A stretch of 64,000 nt of DNA from the NCBI GenBank assembly GCA_965248805.1, contig CBDFKJ010000008.1:480424-544423 (forward strand). Direction: 5' to 3'. Under the pieces are notes generated by a model. It did no database searches. It worked only from the letters and a program-made list of their open reading frames with translations, and was not told where the DNA came from. The position numbers and the translations under genes are program-made. Below, piece after piece: positions 42,546-53,185 of this stretch; the first letter of the stretch is position 1, and each line of letters begins with the position of its first letter. The stretch comes from Alphaproteobacteria bacterium (GTDB lineage Bacteria > Pseudomonadota > Alphaproteobacteria > UBA6615).

Positions 42546-45500
42546 TGAAAATCCCGGTTCCGAAGGCGCTGCGCCAGCGGCTGAGTCCACAGCCCAAACC
42601 GAAAGCCAAGAAACGGCGCAAGCCGCTGCGTGGGCACGGGGCCAGTAGTCTCGCGGTGGCCGGGCTGCTGGTGGTGTGCATGGTGCCGAGCCTGTGGTTC
42701 GAGCGCGCGGCGGTGGCGCAGTGGCTGGTCACCAGTGGTGTCGTGTCCGTCGGCAGCCAGCCCCTCGATCTGAAGATCGAGCAGCTCGACACTACGACGC
42801 TCCAACTCGCGGAGGTCGCCTACGGCGAGGGCGCGCCGATCCGGGTCGGCACGGTGGAGGCCACTTATACGATTGGCGGACTTCTCGGCGGGCGGTTAGA
42901 GACGCTCCGTGTCTCCGGATTGCGCATGCGAGGCCGGTGGGACGATGACGGCGTCGTCATCGACGGGCTTGCCCAGGCGGAAGGTGCGGAGGACGGCCGA
43001 TCGCCGATCGTGCTGCCCGCCGACAACCTCACGCTGGAAGACGGGTCGCTGGAGCTGCAAACGCCGGATGGCGCGGCCAGCGTGATGCTGGCGGCCACCA
43101 TCGGCCGCCGTCCGGACGACGCCTACGACTTGGACCTGAGCGCCGATGTGAGTTCGCCGGCGGGCACCGCCCGCCTCGGCGCCAAGGGCATGCTGGTGAT
43201 CGCCGATGACGGCATGCGCATCGCCGCCGACACCGAATTCTCAAACGACGCCTATGGCGTGAACGGGGGCCTGACCGGCAGGATAACCGGCGAAATCCGC
43301 GGTGCGAACGCCTCGGCACGGATGGCGGTGAGTGACGCCCATGCGCGGCACGCGATCGGCGGCATTGCAGGTGCGGTTGGCGAGATCGAATGGACCCAGG
43401 GCGCGCAGGGGCTTGAAGTCTTGCGGATCGTGCTCGCCTTCGACCAGCTCAATACCGCCGGACAGCCGCTTGAGCGCGGCACCGTGAACGTCGTCGTCGC
43501 CGAGGGTCAGGCGGACATGGATGTCAATGTGCGGCTGGACGAGAGCTGGGCGCGATTGAGCGCCGGCGGCCGCATCGACGACTTGGCGCAGCCGCTCTCC
43601 ATTGAGGTCGCGGGCGAATTGGCGCCGGCTCAGCTGCTGCCGCTCATCGGCGATGCAGGCTCGGGAACCGGGCGCATTAGCTTGGGCGCCAACGCGACGG
43701 TGCGTGAGGCGATCGAACTGTTTCGCGGCCCGGCGTTTGATTGGGCCGAGGCGTTGCGCCGCATTCAAGGCACCGCGTTGGTCGATATCGCGCTTGAAGA
43801 TCTGGCGCTGGACGATGCGTTCGCCGGCGCCGCCGTCGCCGGGGTGGTCGAGGTGCGGTTCGACGAACGCGGCGTCAGCGCGACCTCGATCGACGGACTG
43901 ATCGCGAGCGCCGGCGCACCGGGACCGGCGCTGGTGCGACAATTGCCCGCATTCGTGCAATCGCTTGCGACCGGTCCGCTGGTGTTGGCGCTGGGCGGCA
44001 TATCGGGCACGCCGACCGCGCTGCACCTGGCTGCGGCTGACGACGGGCTGAAGCTGCTGGCCAATTCATCGGCGCGGCTGCGCGGGGCGGCCTTGGATCT
44101 CACCATGCGGGGCAGTGGCCAGCTGACCCTCGGCAATGACCTGGCTGTCCGGGCGATGGATTTGCCCGGCGTGTCGTTGACCATCGACCAGCTCGAGATT
44201 ACGGGCGCGGCCGTCACGGGGGAGGGTCAGTTCAGCGCGATCAGCGGGACTCCCGATGCGTTCGTCGGCGACCTCAGCCTGACGATCACGACGACGGGCA
44301 TTCCCGTTGAGGGCGCAACGCTTGAGCAGGGCCAGCTGAAAACGAACGGCCGCGTAGCGTGGCAGCGCGGGGAGCTGTCAATCGCGCCGGCCGGCGGCGG
44401 GGAACTCAGCGTCGTGGGGCTCGGCTGGCAGGATCAGTTCTACGTGCCCGGACCCACGGTGTTTCGCCTTGCCGATGTGGCCAACGAGGTCTCCATCGAC
44501 GCGGCCAGTGGGGCGGTGCGCTTCGCGCTTGAGACCGAACCCAGCCAAATCATGGCGACCGCCTTGCTGCCCGGCGCAGAGACTGCGGAAATCGTCGTGA
44601 CGATGCCCGGTCTGGCGACGTTAGGCAGCACCATCGCCGACACGCTCGTCGATGTGCGCGGCGCCAGCTTCACCGCCAGCGAGCCGCCGCTTGCGGCCTC
44701 GGCGGTCGATGCGCGGCTCCATCATCAGGATGGATTTTCGTTTCTGCAGCTTCGCGTAGGCGAGTTGTCCTACGACATCGAGTCCGGTCTGGTAGCGCAT
44801 GTCGGCCTGGATCTGAACGCCGAGTTCGGGCCCAGCGAGGTTGCATTCGCCGCCCAGGCGACCGCCCTCAACGGTGCCGTGGCGGCGCAGGCCGAAGGCC
44901 GACACGAACTCGCCAGCGGCGATGGCGGCGCCACGTTCGGCATCGACCCGGTCATGTTGGGCGCCCCCGGCGTTCAGTTGCGCGACCTAGCGCCCGGCCT
45001 TGGCGACACGGTGAGCGACGCCAGAGGATCGATCGCGCTGGCGGGGCGCGCCGAATGGGGCGCATCGGGCATGACCTCGGCCGTGGCGCTTGAGCTGGCA
45101 AACATCAGCTTCGATGCATCGGGGACGACCGTGGCGTCCCTTGGCGGCACTATCGCCTTCGACAACCTGCTGCCGGCCACCACACCTCCGGGACAGATGC
45201 TCCGCGGATCGGTCGCATTGGCCGACGGCACGGCAATGCCTTTCGAAATCGTCGCCGCGTTGCGGCCCGATGGGACGATGGTCGTGGAAAACCTGCTACT
45301 GCAGGCCGTCGGTGGCCGCGTCCGTGCGAGCGAAGTGGTCATCGATCCATCGGTCCTGCCGTTGGATCTGACGCTCGTGGTGGAGACAGTCGACCTCGCC
45401 GAACTGCTGGCCGTCCTGCCGGTGGAGGGCCTGAGCGGATCGGGCCGCATCAGCGGCACCGTGCCTGTGCGTGTCTCCAGCGATGCGATCGCGGTCAACG

Positions 45501-45841
45501 ATGGCAAGCTCGCCGCGGAAGGCCCCGGCCGGCTGAAATACACCGGTTCGGCCTTGGCCGATCAGCTGGGCGACCACGAGGATGGGGTTGGCCTGGCGCT
45601 GCAGGCCCTCAGTGATTTTCACTTCGACAGCCTGCGCCTCGAAGCCAGTAAGCCAGAGAGCGGCGAGGGCGTCGTGACCCTACATTTGGAGGGTGCCAAT
45701 CCGGCGGTGTTGGATGGTTATCCGTTCGTATTCAACATAAACTTGGAAAGTGATTTCGACCGATTGGCGCAGCTGGCCCTGGAAGGCGTCGGCGCCGCTG
45801 ACAATATACTGCGCTGGGCCCACGGCCAGACCCTCCCCTGA
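42546..45841 (+). CDS. ydbH: YdbH-like AsmA-family protein (putative intermembrane phospholipid transporter), ~1098 aa with an N-terminal TM anchor
   Basis: N-terminal basic tail plus TM, then a long beta-rich repetitive body. Immediately followed by YnbE-like and YdbL-like genes, the same order as the E. coli ydbH-ynbE-ydbL operon. Confidence 0.7.
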
Positions 45842-45895
45842 CGGTTGGCCGGACCCACGTCCCCTGTGCCGATACAGCGGCGCTAGGAGGATCTC

Positions 45896-46108
45896 TTGAT
45901 TGCAACGAAGTTGATCGCGGGCAGGTCACTCTGTTCGGTCGTCGCGCCGTTCTTGCTGGTTCTGGCCGTGGCCTGCCAGCCGACCGTGAAGGTCGAGGCG
46001 CCGCAGGAGCCGATCACGATCAATCTCAACATCAAGCTCGACGCTGAAGTGCGCGTAAGATTGGAAGAGCAGGCGGTACAAGATGTCCAGACCAATCCGA
46101 TATTCTAG
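45896..46108 (+). CDS. ynbE: YnbE-like small lipoprotein
   Basis: Lipobox (LAVAC) and the conserved PITINLNIKLDAEV...NPIF pattern of YnbE. Confidence 0.7.
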   Translation: MIATKLIAGRSLCSVVAPFLLVLAVACQPTVKVEAPQEPITINLNIKLDAEVRVRLEEQAVQDVQTNPIF

Positions 46109-46127
46109 CTACGTGGCGGGATCGAAC

Positions 46128-46481
46128 ATGACCCGCCTGCGGCAGGTCGCGAGCGCGCTGCTGCTGATTGTGGCGGCATCGTTCATGAGCTTGCCGGTGA
46201 TGGCGCAAGGCAAGCCGCTGGATCAGCCGCGCGCCGACGGCGTGGTCGGCGAGCGTTTCGACGGCTTCGCCTATCTGGTCGACCCAGGCGCCACGCCGGG
46301 CAACATCAGGCAACTGGTCGATCGCGTGAATGCGGAACGCCGTGCCGTATACGAGCAGCGCGCGCAGGCCGAGGGTGTGGCCATCGACGCGGTGGGCCGT
46401 GTCTATGCCGGACAGATTTTCCAGAGCGCGCCGGCAGGCACCATATTACTGCAGGAATCCGGCCAGGCCGTCCGCAAATAG
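46128..46481 (+). CDS. ydbL: YdbL-like periplasmic protein (DUF1318)
   Basis: Signal peptide plus DUF1318 pattern (GVVGERFDGFAYLVD...VNAERRAVYEQRAQAEGV...). Confidence 0.7.
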   Translation: MTRLRQVASALLLIVAASFMSLPVMAQGKPLDQPRADGVVGERFDGFAYLVDPGATPGNIRQLVDRVNAERRAVYEQRAQAEGVAIDAVGRVYAGQIFQSAPAGTILLQESGQAVRK

Positions 46482-46495
46482 CGTCGGCTCCCGCC

Positions 46496-47410
46496 GTGCC
46501 GTTACCGGACTCTGTCGATGCCGCCAGCGCGCTGCTTGCGGGCGGCGACTATATCGCCGACCGCAGCTTGACCACGGCCGTGTTCTTGGCCCTGCGCCAA
46601 CACCGCCCCTTGTTCGTCGAGGGCGAAGCCGGTGTCGGCAAGACCGAGATTGCCAAGGTCCTCGCCGAGACACTAGGTCGCCGCCTGTTGCGGCTGCAGT
46701 GCTATGAGGGTCTGGATGCGGCGGCGACGGTCTATGAGTGGAACTACGCGGCGCAGATGATAGAGATCCGTCTGGCCGAGGCCGAGGGTGTCGAGGATCG
46801 GACGCGCCTGGGCGAGGACGTCTTCTCCGAGCGCTTCCTCATCAAACGCCCGCTCTTGCAGGCGCTGGAGCCGGACCCTGCCGGGGCGCCGGTTCTGTTG
46901 ATCGACGAGATCGACCGCGCCGACGAGCCGTTCGAGGCGTTCTTGCTGGAGGTGCTGTCCGACTTCCAGATCACCATCCCGGAGATCGGCACGGTCAAGG
47001 CCACCGCGCCGCCGATCGTCGTCATCACCTCCAACCGCACGCGCGAGATCCACGACGCGCTGAAGCGCCGCTGCTTTTACGCCTGGATCGACTACCCGGA
47101 CATCGCGCGCGAGTTGCGGATCCTGGCATTGAAGGCACCTCAGGTGGCGGCGACGCTCAGCCGTCAGGTCGTCGGGTTCGTCCAGGCGCTGCGTGAGCAG
47201 GATCTGTTCAAGCTGCCCGGCGTGGCCGAGACCATCGACTGGGCCACAGCATTGCAGCAGCTCGATATGATCGAGCTGACGCCCGAGGCGATCGATAGCA
47301 CCTTGGGGGTCCTGCTGAAGTACCAGGATGACATCGCCAAGGTCCAAGGCAGCGAGGCGGCGCGCATTCTCCACGAGGTGCGATCGACGGCCGCGGCCGC
47401 CACCGCCTGA
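46496..47410 (+). CDS. coxD: MoxR-type AAA+ ATPase CoxD (CODH maturation)
   Basis: Walker A GEAGVGKT, Walker B LLIDEIDRA, MoxR family, ~300 aa. Confidence 0.85.
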   Translation: MPLPDSVDAASALLAGGDYIADRSLTTAVFLALRQHRPLFVEGEAGVGKTEIAKVLAETLGRRLLRLQCYEGLDAAATVYEWNYAAQMIEIRLAEAEGVEDRTRLGEDVFSERFLIKRPLLQALEPDPAGAPVLLIDEIDRADEPFEAFLLEVLSDFQITIPEIGTVKATAPPIVVITSNRTREIHDALKRRCFYAWIDYPDIARELRILALKAPQVAATLSRQVVGFVQALREQDLFKLPGVAETIDWATALQQLDMIELTPEAIDSTLGVLLKYQDDIAKVQGSEAARILHEVRSTAAAATA

Positions 47411-48624
47411 TGCAAACGTCCGCTGGCCCGGTCGCGGACCACGGTGAGCTGGCCACCAATATCGCGCATTTCGGCCGTGTGCTGCGCGCCGCCGGCCTGC
47501 CGGTCGGCCCGGGCCGCATCATCGATGCGCTAAGGGCCGTCGAGACCGTGGGGCTCGACCAGCGGCAGGATTTTTACTGGGCGCTGCACGCCGTCTTCGT
47601 CAACCGTCAGGACCAGCGCGAATTGTTCGATCAGGCGTTCCATGTTTTCTGGCGCAATCCGCGTTTGTTGGAGCAACTGCTGTCGTTGGTTCTGCCGCAC
47701 GTGGGCGTCGATCAAGACGGTCAGGACGAGAAACCCAAGATCCGCCGCCGTGTGGCCGAGGCGCTGCATCGTGGTGGCGACGGGCCGGCGCCGCGGGACA
47801 TCTCGATCCACAACGCTGCATTGACGTGGTCCGACCGCGAGGTGCTGCAACGGATGGATTTCGAGCAGATGTCGCAGGCGGAGTTGGCCGAGGCTAAACG
47901 CGCCATCGCGGACAAGCGCCTCGAATTGATGCAAATGCCGACGCGGCGCATCCGCGTCGACCGGTTAGGACGCCGCATCGATACGCGCGCCAGCTTGCGC
48001 GCGTCGCTGCGCGGCGGCGGGGCCGCCATTTCGCTGCGCCGCAACCGGCGGCGCCGGCGCCCGCCCGTCTTGGTGGCGCTGTGCGACATCTCCGGGTCGA
48101 TGAGCGCGTACTCGCGGATGCTGCTGCATTTCCTGCACGCCCTGACCAACGACCGCGATCGGGTCCACAGTTTCCTGTTCGGCACGCGGCTGACGAATGT
48201 CACGCGGCACCTGCGTCACAGGGACATCGACGTGGCGTTGGAGCGGGTGGCGGACGCTGTCGTGGACTGGTCGGGCGGCACGCGGATTGGCCACTGTCTG
48301 CACGTCTTCAATCGGGACTGGTCGCGGCGCGTGCTCGGCCAAGGCGCGATTGTATTACTGATCAGCGACGGCCTGGACCGCGACGCGGCGGCCGGATTGG
48401 AGGCTGAGATGGTGCGGCTGCACAAGTCGTGCCGGCGGCTGATTTGGCTCAACCCACTGCTGCGCTACGCGGCCTATGAGGCCAAGACTCAGGGCGCCCG
48501 GGCGATGCGGCCGCATGTCGACGAAGTCCGCTCGGTTCACAATCTGGAGAGCATGGCGCAGCTGGTAGGGGCCCTGGGTCGGCCCGGCGGCGGCCGCCTT
48601 GGACTTTCGCCGGTCAGCGCCTAA
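47410..48624 (+). CDS. coxE: VWA-domain protein CoxE
   Basis: C-terminal VWA domain with MIDAS (LCDISGSM). Follows coxD with overlapping stop/start. Confidence 0.8.
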   Translation: MQTSAGPVADHGELATNIAHFGRVLRAAGLPVGPGRIIDALRAVETVGLDQRQDFYWALHAVFVNRQDQRELFDQAFHVFWRNPRLLEQLLSLVLPHVGVDQDGQDEKPKIRRRVAEALHRGGDGPAPRDISIHNAALTWSDREVLQRMDFEQMSQAELAEAKRAIADKRLELMQMPTRRIRVDRLGRRIDTRASLRASLRGGGAAISLRRNRRRRRPPVLVALCDISGSMSAYSRMLLHFLHALTNDRDRVHSFLFGTRLTNVTRHLRHRDIDVALERVADAVVDWSGGTRIGHCLHVFNRDWSRRVLGQGAIVLLISDGLDRDAAAGLEAEMVRLHKSCRRLIWLNPLLRYAAYEAKTQGARAMRPHVDEVRSVHNLESMAQLVGALGRPGGGRLGLSPVSA

Positions 48625-48639
48625 ACTCCTTGCTTTCCG

Positions 48640-48996
48640 GTGGTTCCGCAACGAGCTATGCCCATGGCTGACCAACACCGAGACACCGACGATGTGCTCG
48701 AGAAGGCCGACGCTTGGCGCCAGGCCGGTCGCGAGGTCGCGATCGCCACGGTGGTGAGTACCTGGGGATCCTCGCCGCGTCCGGTCGGCAGTCAACTGGT
48801 GGTGGATGGCGACGGCAACATGATCGGCTCCGTCTCCGGCGGCTGCATCGAGGGCGCCGTGATCATGGAAGCCCAGCAGGTCATGCAGAGCGGCCAGCCG
48901 CGTCTGCTGAGCTACGGCGTCAGCAATGAAATGGCCTGGGAGGTCGGGCTCGCCTGCGGCGGCAAGGTCGAGGTGTTCGTGGAGCGCCTGGACTGA
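48640..48996 (+). CDS. XdhC/CoxI-family accessory protein, N-terminal domain as a separate ORF
   Basis: XdhC_CoxI N-domain signature (VATVVSTWGSSPRPVGSQLVV..GSVSGGCIEGAV). Confidence 0.75.
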   Translation: MVPQRAMPMADQHRDTDDVLEKADAWRQAGREVAIATVVSTWGSSPRPVGSQLVVDGDGNMIGSVSGGCIEGAVIMEAQQVMQSGQPRLLSYGVSNEMAWEVGLACGGKVEVFVERLD

Positions 48997-48999
48997 GCC

Positions 49000-49713
49000 A
49001 TGCGTCAAGCGATGTTGCAGGGGTTGCTCGCCGCGCGCGCGGCCAAACGGCCCGTGGCTCTGCTGATCGACCTGCAGGACGGCGCGCAGGCCTTGGTGTT
49101 CGACGATGCCGTCGAGGGTGCGGCCGCCGGTGCCGCGGCGGTCGAAACCGCGCGGCAGGCGCTTGCCGAAGACCGCTCAGGCCGGGTCGAGGACCGCCAC
49201 TTCGTGCATGTCTTCAATCCGCCGCTGCGCATGATCGTCGTGGGCGCCGTGCATATCGCGCAGTCGCTGGCGACGATGGCGTCGCTGGCGGGTTATGCGG
49301 TCACTGTCGTCGATCCGCGCGGGGCCTTCGCCACTGAGGACCGTTTCCCCGGCCTAGCGTTGTCCGAAGCCTGGCCGGATGAGGCGCTGACCGCGCTGGT
49401 GCCCGACCGGCGCACCGCCATTGTCACTTTGACCCACGACCCCAAACTCGACGATCCGGCGCTGGCGATTGCGCTCCGGTCCGAGGCCTTTTACATCGGC
49501 TCGCTCGGCAGCAAGCGAACCCATGCCAGCCGTTTGGAGCGTTTGCGCGAGCAAGGCTTCACCGCCGCCGATCTGGCGCGCATTCACGGCCCCATCGGAT
49601 TGGCCATCGGCGCCCGCAGCCCGGCGGAAGTCGCCTTCGCCATCATGGCGGAAGTAACACAAGCGCGGCGCCAGCCCGCCGTGCCTTCGCGCGCCAAGGA
49701 AGCCGTCGCATGA
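49000..49713 (+). CDS. XdhC family accessory protein, C-terminal Rossmann-like domain as a separate ORF
   Basis: XdhC_C signature (MIVVGAVHIAQSLATMASLAGYAVTVVDPR). Own ATG 4 nt after the preceding stop. Confidence 0.75.
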   Translation: MRQAMLQGLLAARAAKRPVALLIDLQDGAQALVFDDAVEGAAAGAAAVETARQALAEDRSGRVEDRHFVHVFNPPLRMIVVGAVHIAQSLATMASLAGYAVTVVDPRGAFATEDRFPGLALSEAWPDEALTALVPDRRTAIVTLTHDPKLDDPALAIALRSEAFYIGSLGSKRTHASRLERLREQGFTAADLARIHGPIGLAIGARSPAEVAFAIMAEVTQARRQPAVPSRAKEAVA

Positions 49714-51347
49714 GGTTCGGCGCGATCGCGGTCGCCGATTGCGCGGGCGCCATCCTGGCGCATTCGCGTAAGGTCGACGGCAAGACTTTGAAGAAGGGTC
49801 GCGTGCTGTCCGACGATGACGCTGCGGCGTTGACCGCGGCCGGGGTGAAGACGGTGACGGCGGCCCGGCTGGATGCGGACGACGTGCGCGAAGACCTGGC
49901 CGCCGATCGGATCGCGAACGCGTGTCGCGGCGAGGGATTGGACAAGACCGCTTCGTTCACCGGCCGCGCCAACCTGTTCGCGTCGACGGCCGGCATCGTT
50001 GTCATCGATCGTGACCGCCTGGACCGTCTGAACGCGGTCGACGAACGCATCACCGTCGCCACGTTGGCGCCGTACGATGTGGTGCAGCCGCGCCGGTTGG
50101 TGGCCACAGTGAAGATCATTCCGTTCGCGGTCGAAGCTGCGGTGGTCGATGCGTGCGAAGCGATCGCCCGTGGCGGACAAGCGCCGATCGCCCATGTGGC
50201 AGCGTTCCGCGCCCGAAAGGTCGGGCTGATCCAGACGCATCTGGAAGGCACCAAGGAGAAAGTGCTCGACAAGACCACAAACGTGACGCGCGACCGTCTC
50301 ACACACGCCGGTAGCGATCTGGCGATGGAGCGGCGGTGCCCGCACGACGCCGATGCGCTGGCGGCTGCAATTGCCGAGACGCGCGACGCAGGCATGGAAA
50401 TCATCCTGATCAATGGCGCATCGGCGATCGTCGATCGCCGCGACGTCATTCCGGCTGCAATCGAAACGGCCGGCGGCGCGGTCGAGCAATTCGGCATGCC
50501 CGTCGACCCCGGAAACCTGATCCTTTCGGGGCGGCTGGGCGACGTGCCCGTGCTCGGGCTGCCCGGCTGCGCGCGGTCGCCGAAACTCAACGGCTTCGAC
50601 TGGGTGCTCGAGCGTTTGTTGGCAGGGATTTCGGTCGGTCGGCACGACATCATGGCGATGGGCGTCGGCGGCTTACTGAAGGAGATCCCCTCGCGCGGAC
50701 TGCCGCGCGCGGAGGCTGCGCCGAGCATCGCTCCATCGGTGCCGCGCGTCGGCGCCATCGTGCTTGCGGCGGGCCAATCGCGGCGCATGGGTGCCATCAA
50801 CAAGCTGCTGGCGGAGATCGACGGGGCGCCGATGGTGGCGCGCGCCCTCGATGCGACGCTCGCCTCGTCGGTGACGTCGGTGGTCGTGGTCACCGGGCAC
50901 GAGGCCGAGCGTGTGCATGCCGTCCTCGCCGATCGCGCCGTCACATTCGCACACAATCCCGATTATGCCGAAGGGCTCAGCACATCGCTGGCGGCGGGCC
51001 TTGCTGCGTTGCCGCAGGATTGCGATGCCGTGGTCATCTGCCTCGGCGACATGCCGCGCGTGAAGCCCGGTCACATCAACAAGCTGATCGCGGCCTTCAA
51101 CCCGGTTGAGGGGCGCGCAATCTGCGTGCCGACCTGGCGAGGCAAGCGCGGCAACCCGGTCCTGTTCGCGCGCCGGTTCCTGACCGAGATGGTCGACGTG
51201 CGCGGCGACATAGGCGCCCGTCACCTCATCGGCGAGTATGACGAGTTTGTGGCCGAGGTGGCGATGGAGGATGACGGCGTCATGATCGATGTCGATTCGC
51301 CGCAAGGCCTGACGGCCGTGCTCGCGGGTCGACCGATTCCGACCTAG
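49710..51347 (+). CDS. Fusion protein: molybdopterin-binding (MoeA/MogA-like MoCF) domain plus MocA-type molybdenum cofactor cytidylyltransferase
   Basis: N-terminal MoCF-biosynthesis fold (..ILINGASAIVDRRD.., GNLILSGRLGDVPVLGLPGCARS) and C-terminal nucleotidyltransferase domain (AIVLAAGQSRRMG..NKLL). 545 aa. Confidence 0.75.
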   Translation: MRFGAIAVADCAGAILAHSRKVDGKTLKKGRVLSDDDAAALTAAGVKTVTAARLDADDVREDLAADRIANACRGEGLDKTASFTGRANLFASTAGIVVIDRDRLDRLNAVDERITVATLAPYDVVQPRRLVATVKIIPFAVEAAVVDACEAIARGGQAPIAHVAAFRARKVGLIQTHLEGTKEKVLDKTTNVTRDRLTHAGSDLAMERRCPHDADALAAAIAETRDAGMEIILINGASAIVDRRDVIPAAIETAGGAVEQFGMPVDPGNLILSGRLGDVPVLGLPGCARSPKLNGFDWVLERLLAGISVGRHDIMAMGVGGLLKEIPSRGLPRAEAAPSIAPSVPRVGAIVLAAGQSRRMGAINKLLAEIDGAPMVARALDATLASSVTSVVVVTGHEAERVHAVLADRAVTFAHNPDYAEGLSTSLAAGLAALPQDCDAVVICLGDMPRVKPGHINKLIAAFNPVEGRAICVPTWRGKRGNPVLFARRFLTEMVDVRGDIGARHLIGEYDEFVAEVAMEDDGVMIDVDSPQGLTAVLAGRPIPT

Positions 51348-51381
51348 GGAATGCGACCGGCGCTATGCCGGTGCGAAAGGA

Positions 51382-52113
51382 TCAGCGAGGGGTGCGCATG
51401 TCCAGACGTGCCGCGCCGAGAACCGCGCCGGGTCCCCGCTCTTGCACGATGACCGCGCAGCCGTCATTGCCGACGCCGTCGAGGTCGGCGAGCTTCACTG
51501 CAATCTCCAGCGGCTTGCCGCGCCAAGTGCCGATATTGAGCAGATTGCGCACGACGTTGGCGTTGTGCAACTCGCGCCCCCGGTTCTCTCCGCGGGTCAC
51601 TGTGGTGTCGTGGCCGGTGTCCCAGCGCACGAAATAGACGTCCGCCTCGCGCTGCGTCTCGCCGTCCGGCAGCCGAATGATGATTTCGCGATTGCCGCTC
51701 AACGCCAGCTCGACGTTCAGCCATTCGTGCGGCACGCTGGTGGCCATGTCGATGCGACCGGCGACGGCGCTCCGATCGGCACCGGCCTCCTGCCACATGC
51801 CGTCAACGACGATTTGCGGCGTGTAGATGTAGGTCATGCCCAACTTGCGCGCGTAGTCGCGCTGCCGCTGGGTGTGGGTTGCAGCGGCGAAGCGGTCGTG
51901 CCAGCCGATGTAGTCCCAGTAGTCGACGTGAAAACTGAGCGCCAGAACGTCGTCGCGCTGCGCCAAGTCGGCAAGGTGCGCGTCCGCCGGCGGACACGAT
52001 GAACAGCCCTGCGAGGTAAACAGCTCGACGACAATAAACCGCTCGCCCGCCGCCGTGGGCAGCGTGACCCACATGCCTGCCGCAATCAGAGCGGCAAGCC
52101 ACATATTCATGTT
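51382..52113 (-). CDS. DUF1223-family secreted thioredoxin-like protein
   Basis: Signal peptide then VVELFTSQGCSSCPPAD...HVDYWDYIGW. Confidence 0.7.
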   Translation of the reverse strand, partial: NMNMWLAALIAAGMWVTLPTAAGERFIVVELFTSQGCSSCPPADAHLADLAQRDDVLALSFHVDYWDYIGWHDRFAAATHTQRQRDYARKLGMTYIYTPQIVVDGMWQEAGADRSAVAGRIDMATSVPHEWLNVELALSGNREIIIRLPDGETQREADVYFVRWDTGHDTTVTRGENRGRELHNANVVRNLLNIGTWRGKPLEIAVKLADLDGVGNDGCAVIVQERGPGAVLGAARLDMRTPR

Positions 52114-52199
52114 CATGCATCGTCTCACCCAGGCAATATGAGCGCGGCCAGACACAACCGCCAATCAATAAGGGGTGAGGGCCGGTGCGATTGCGTTAA

Positions 52200-52813
52200 C
52201 TAATGCGCCAGCGCGCCGGTGCGTAGTTCGGCCGCGGCCTGACGAAGCACCGAGATGGCGCCGGTGAAGAACAACCCAGCCATCGCGGTCGCCACGACCA
52301 GGTCGGGCCAGCGCGCGTTCAGAATTGCGACTGCCAATGCCGCGGCGATAACCGCCGCATTGCCGATCATGTCATTGCGGCTGCACAACCAGATAGAGCG
52401 CATGTTGGCATCGCCGGATCGAAACCGCATCAGGATCCACACGCTGAGCGCATTCGCCGCCAGCGCGGTGATGCCAACCACCCCCATCATGGTCGCATCC
52501 GGCGCCTCGCCGCCGAGGAACCGGAGCAGCGCGTGGCCCAACACCCAACATGCCATCAGTGCCATTGCCGCACCCTTGAACAGCGCCGCCAGCGAGCGCC
52601 AACGCAAGGGACGCGACAGTACGAACAAGCTGAGCGCATAGGTCGCCGTATCGCCGGCGAAGTCCAGCGCATCGGCTTCCAGCGCCACCGAATTGGCGAG
52701 CCATCCGGCCGCCACTTCGGCGGCGAACATGGCGCCATTGATGGCGATCACAAACCACAGCGCGCGGCGGAATTCCGGAGACGCGGCGGCGATGCCGGGG
52801 TCCGGCTGGCAGC
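52200..52813 (-). CDS. Cation diffusion facilitator-like transporter, short form lacking the cytoplasmic C-terminal domain. Probable GTG start at 52813.
   Basis: Six TM helices with CDF signature (AAEVAAGWLANSVALEADALDFAGD) and an N-terminal HCC motif. The ORF is only ~204 aa. It sits immediately downstream of arsR. Confidence 0.65.
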
Positions 52814-52837
52814 AGTGCGGGTCCGATCCCACGGTGC

Positions 52838-53182
52838 TCAGGCCTCGTCGCTGGGCTCGGCGACATGGTGCAGCATGTCGGTGATAACGGAGTGGATGTG
52901 CCCGTCTGCCGGCTGATAGATGACGTTCTTGCCGCGGCGTTCGGCGCGCAACAACCGTGCGGCGCGCAGCAGGCGCAAATGATGGCTGACCAGCGACATC
53001 GACAGCCCCAGTTGCGTCGCCATGTCGCCCACGGCCATCGGTTGTCCCAGACACAGGCAGACGATGCGCAGGCGATTGACATCGCCCAGAAGGCGGAACA
53101 TGTCCGCCAATTCCGCCGCCTGATCCGATGGCAGCGTGCCTTGGATGTTTTGTTCCTGATCCGGTGCCATTCCAGCGAACAC
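52838..53182 (-). CDS. ArsR/SmtB-family metalloregulator
   Basis: wHTH with the CxC-containing alpha3 site (LRIVCLCLGQPMAVGDMATQLGLSMSLVSHHLRLL). Confidence 0.85.
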   Translation of the reverse strand: MFAGMAPDQEQNIQGTLPSDQAAELADMFRLLGDVNRLRIVCLCLGQPMAVGDMATQLGLSMSLVSHHLRLLRAARLLRAERRGKNVIYQPADGHIHSVITDMLHHVAEPSDEA

Positions 53183-53185
53183 TTG

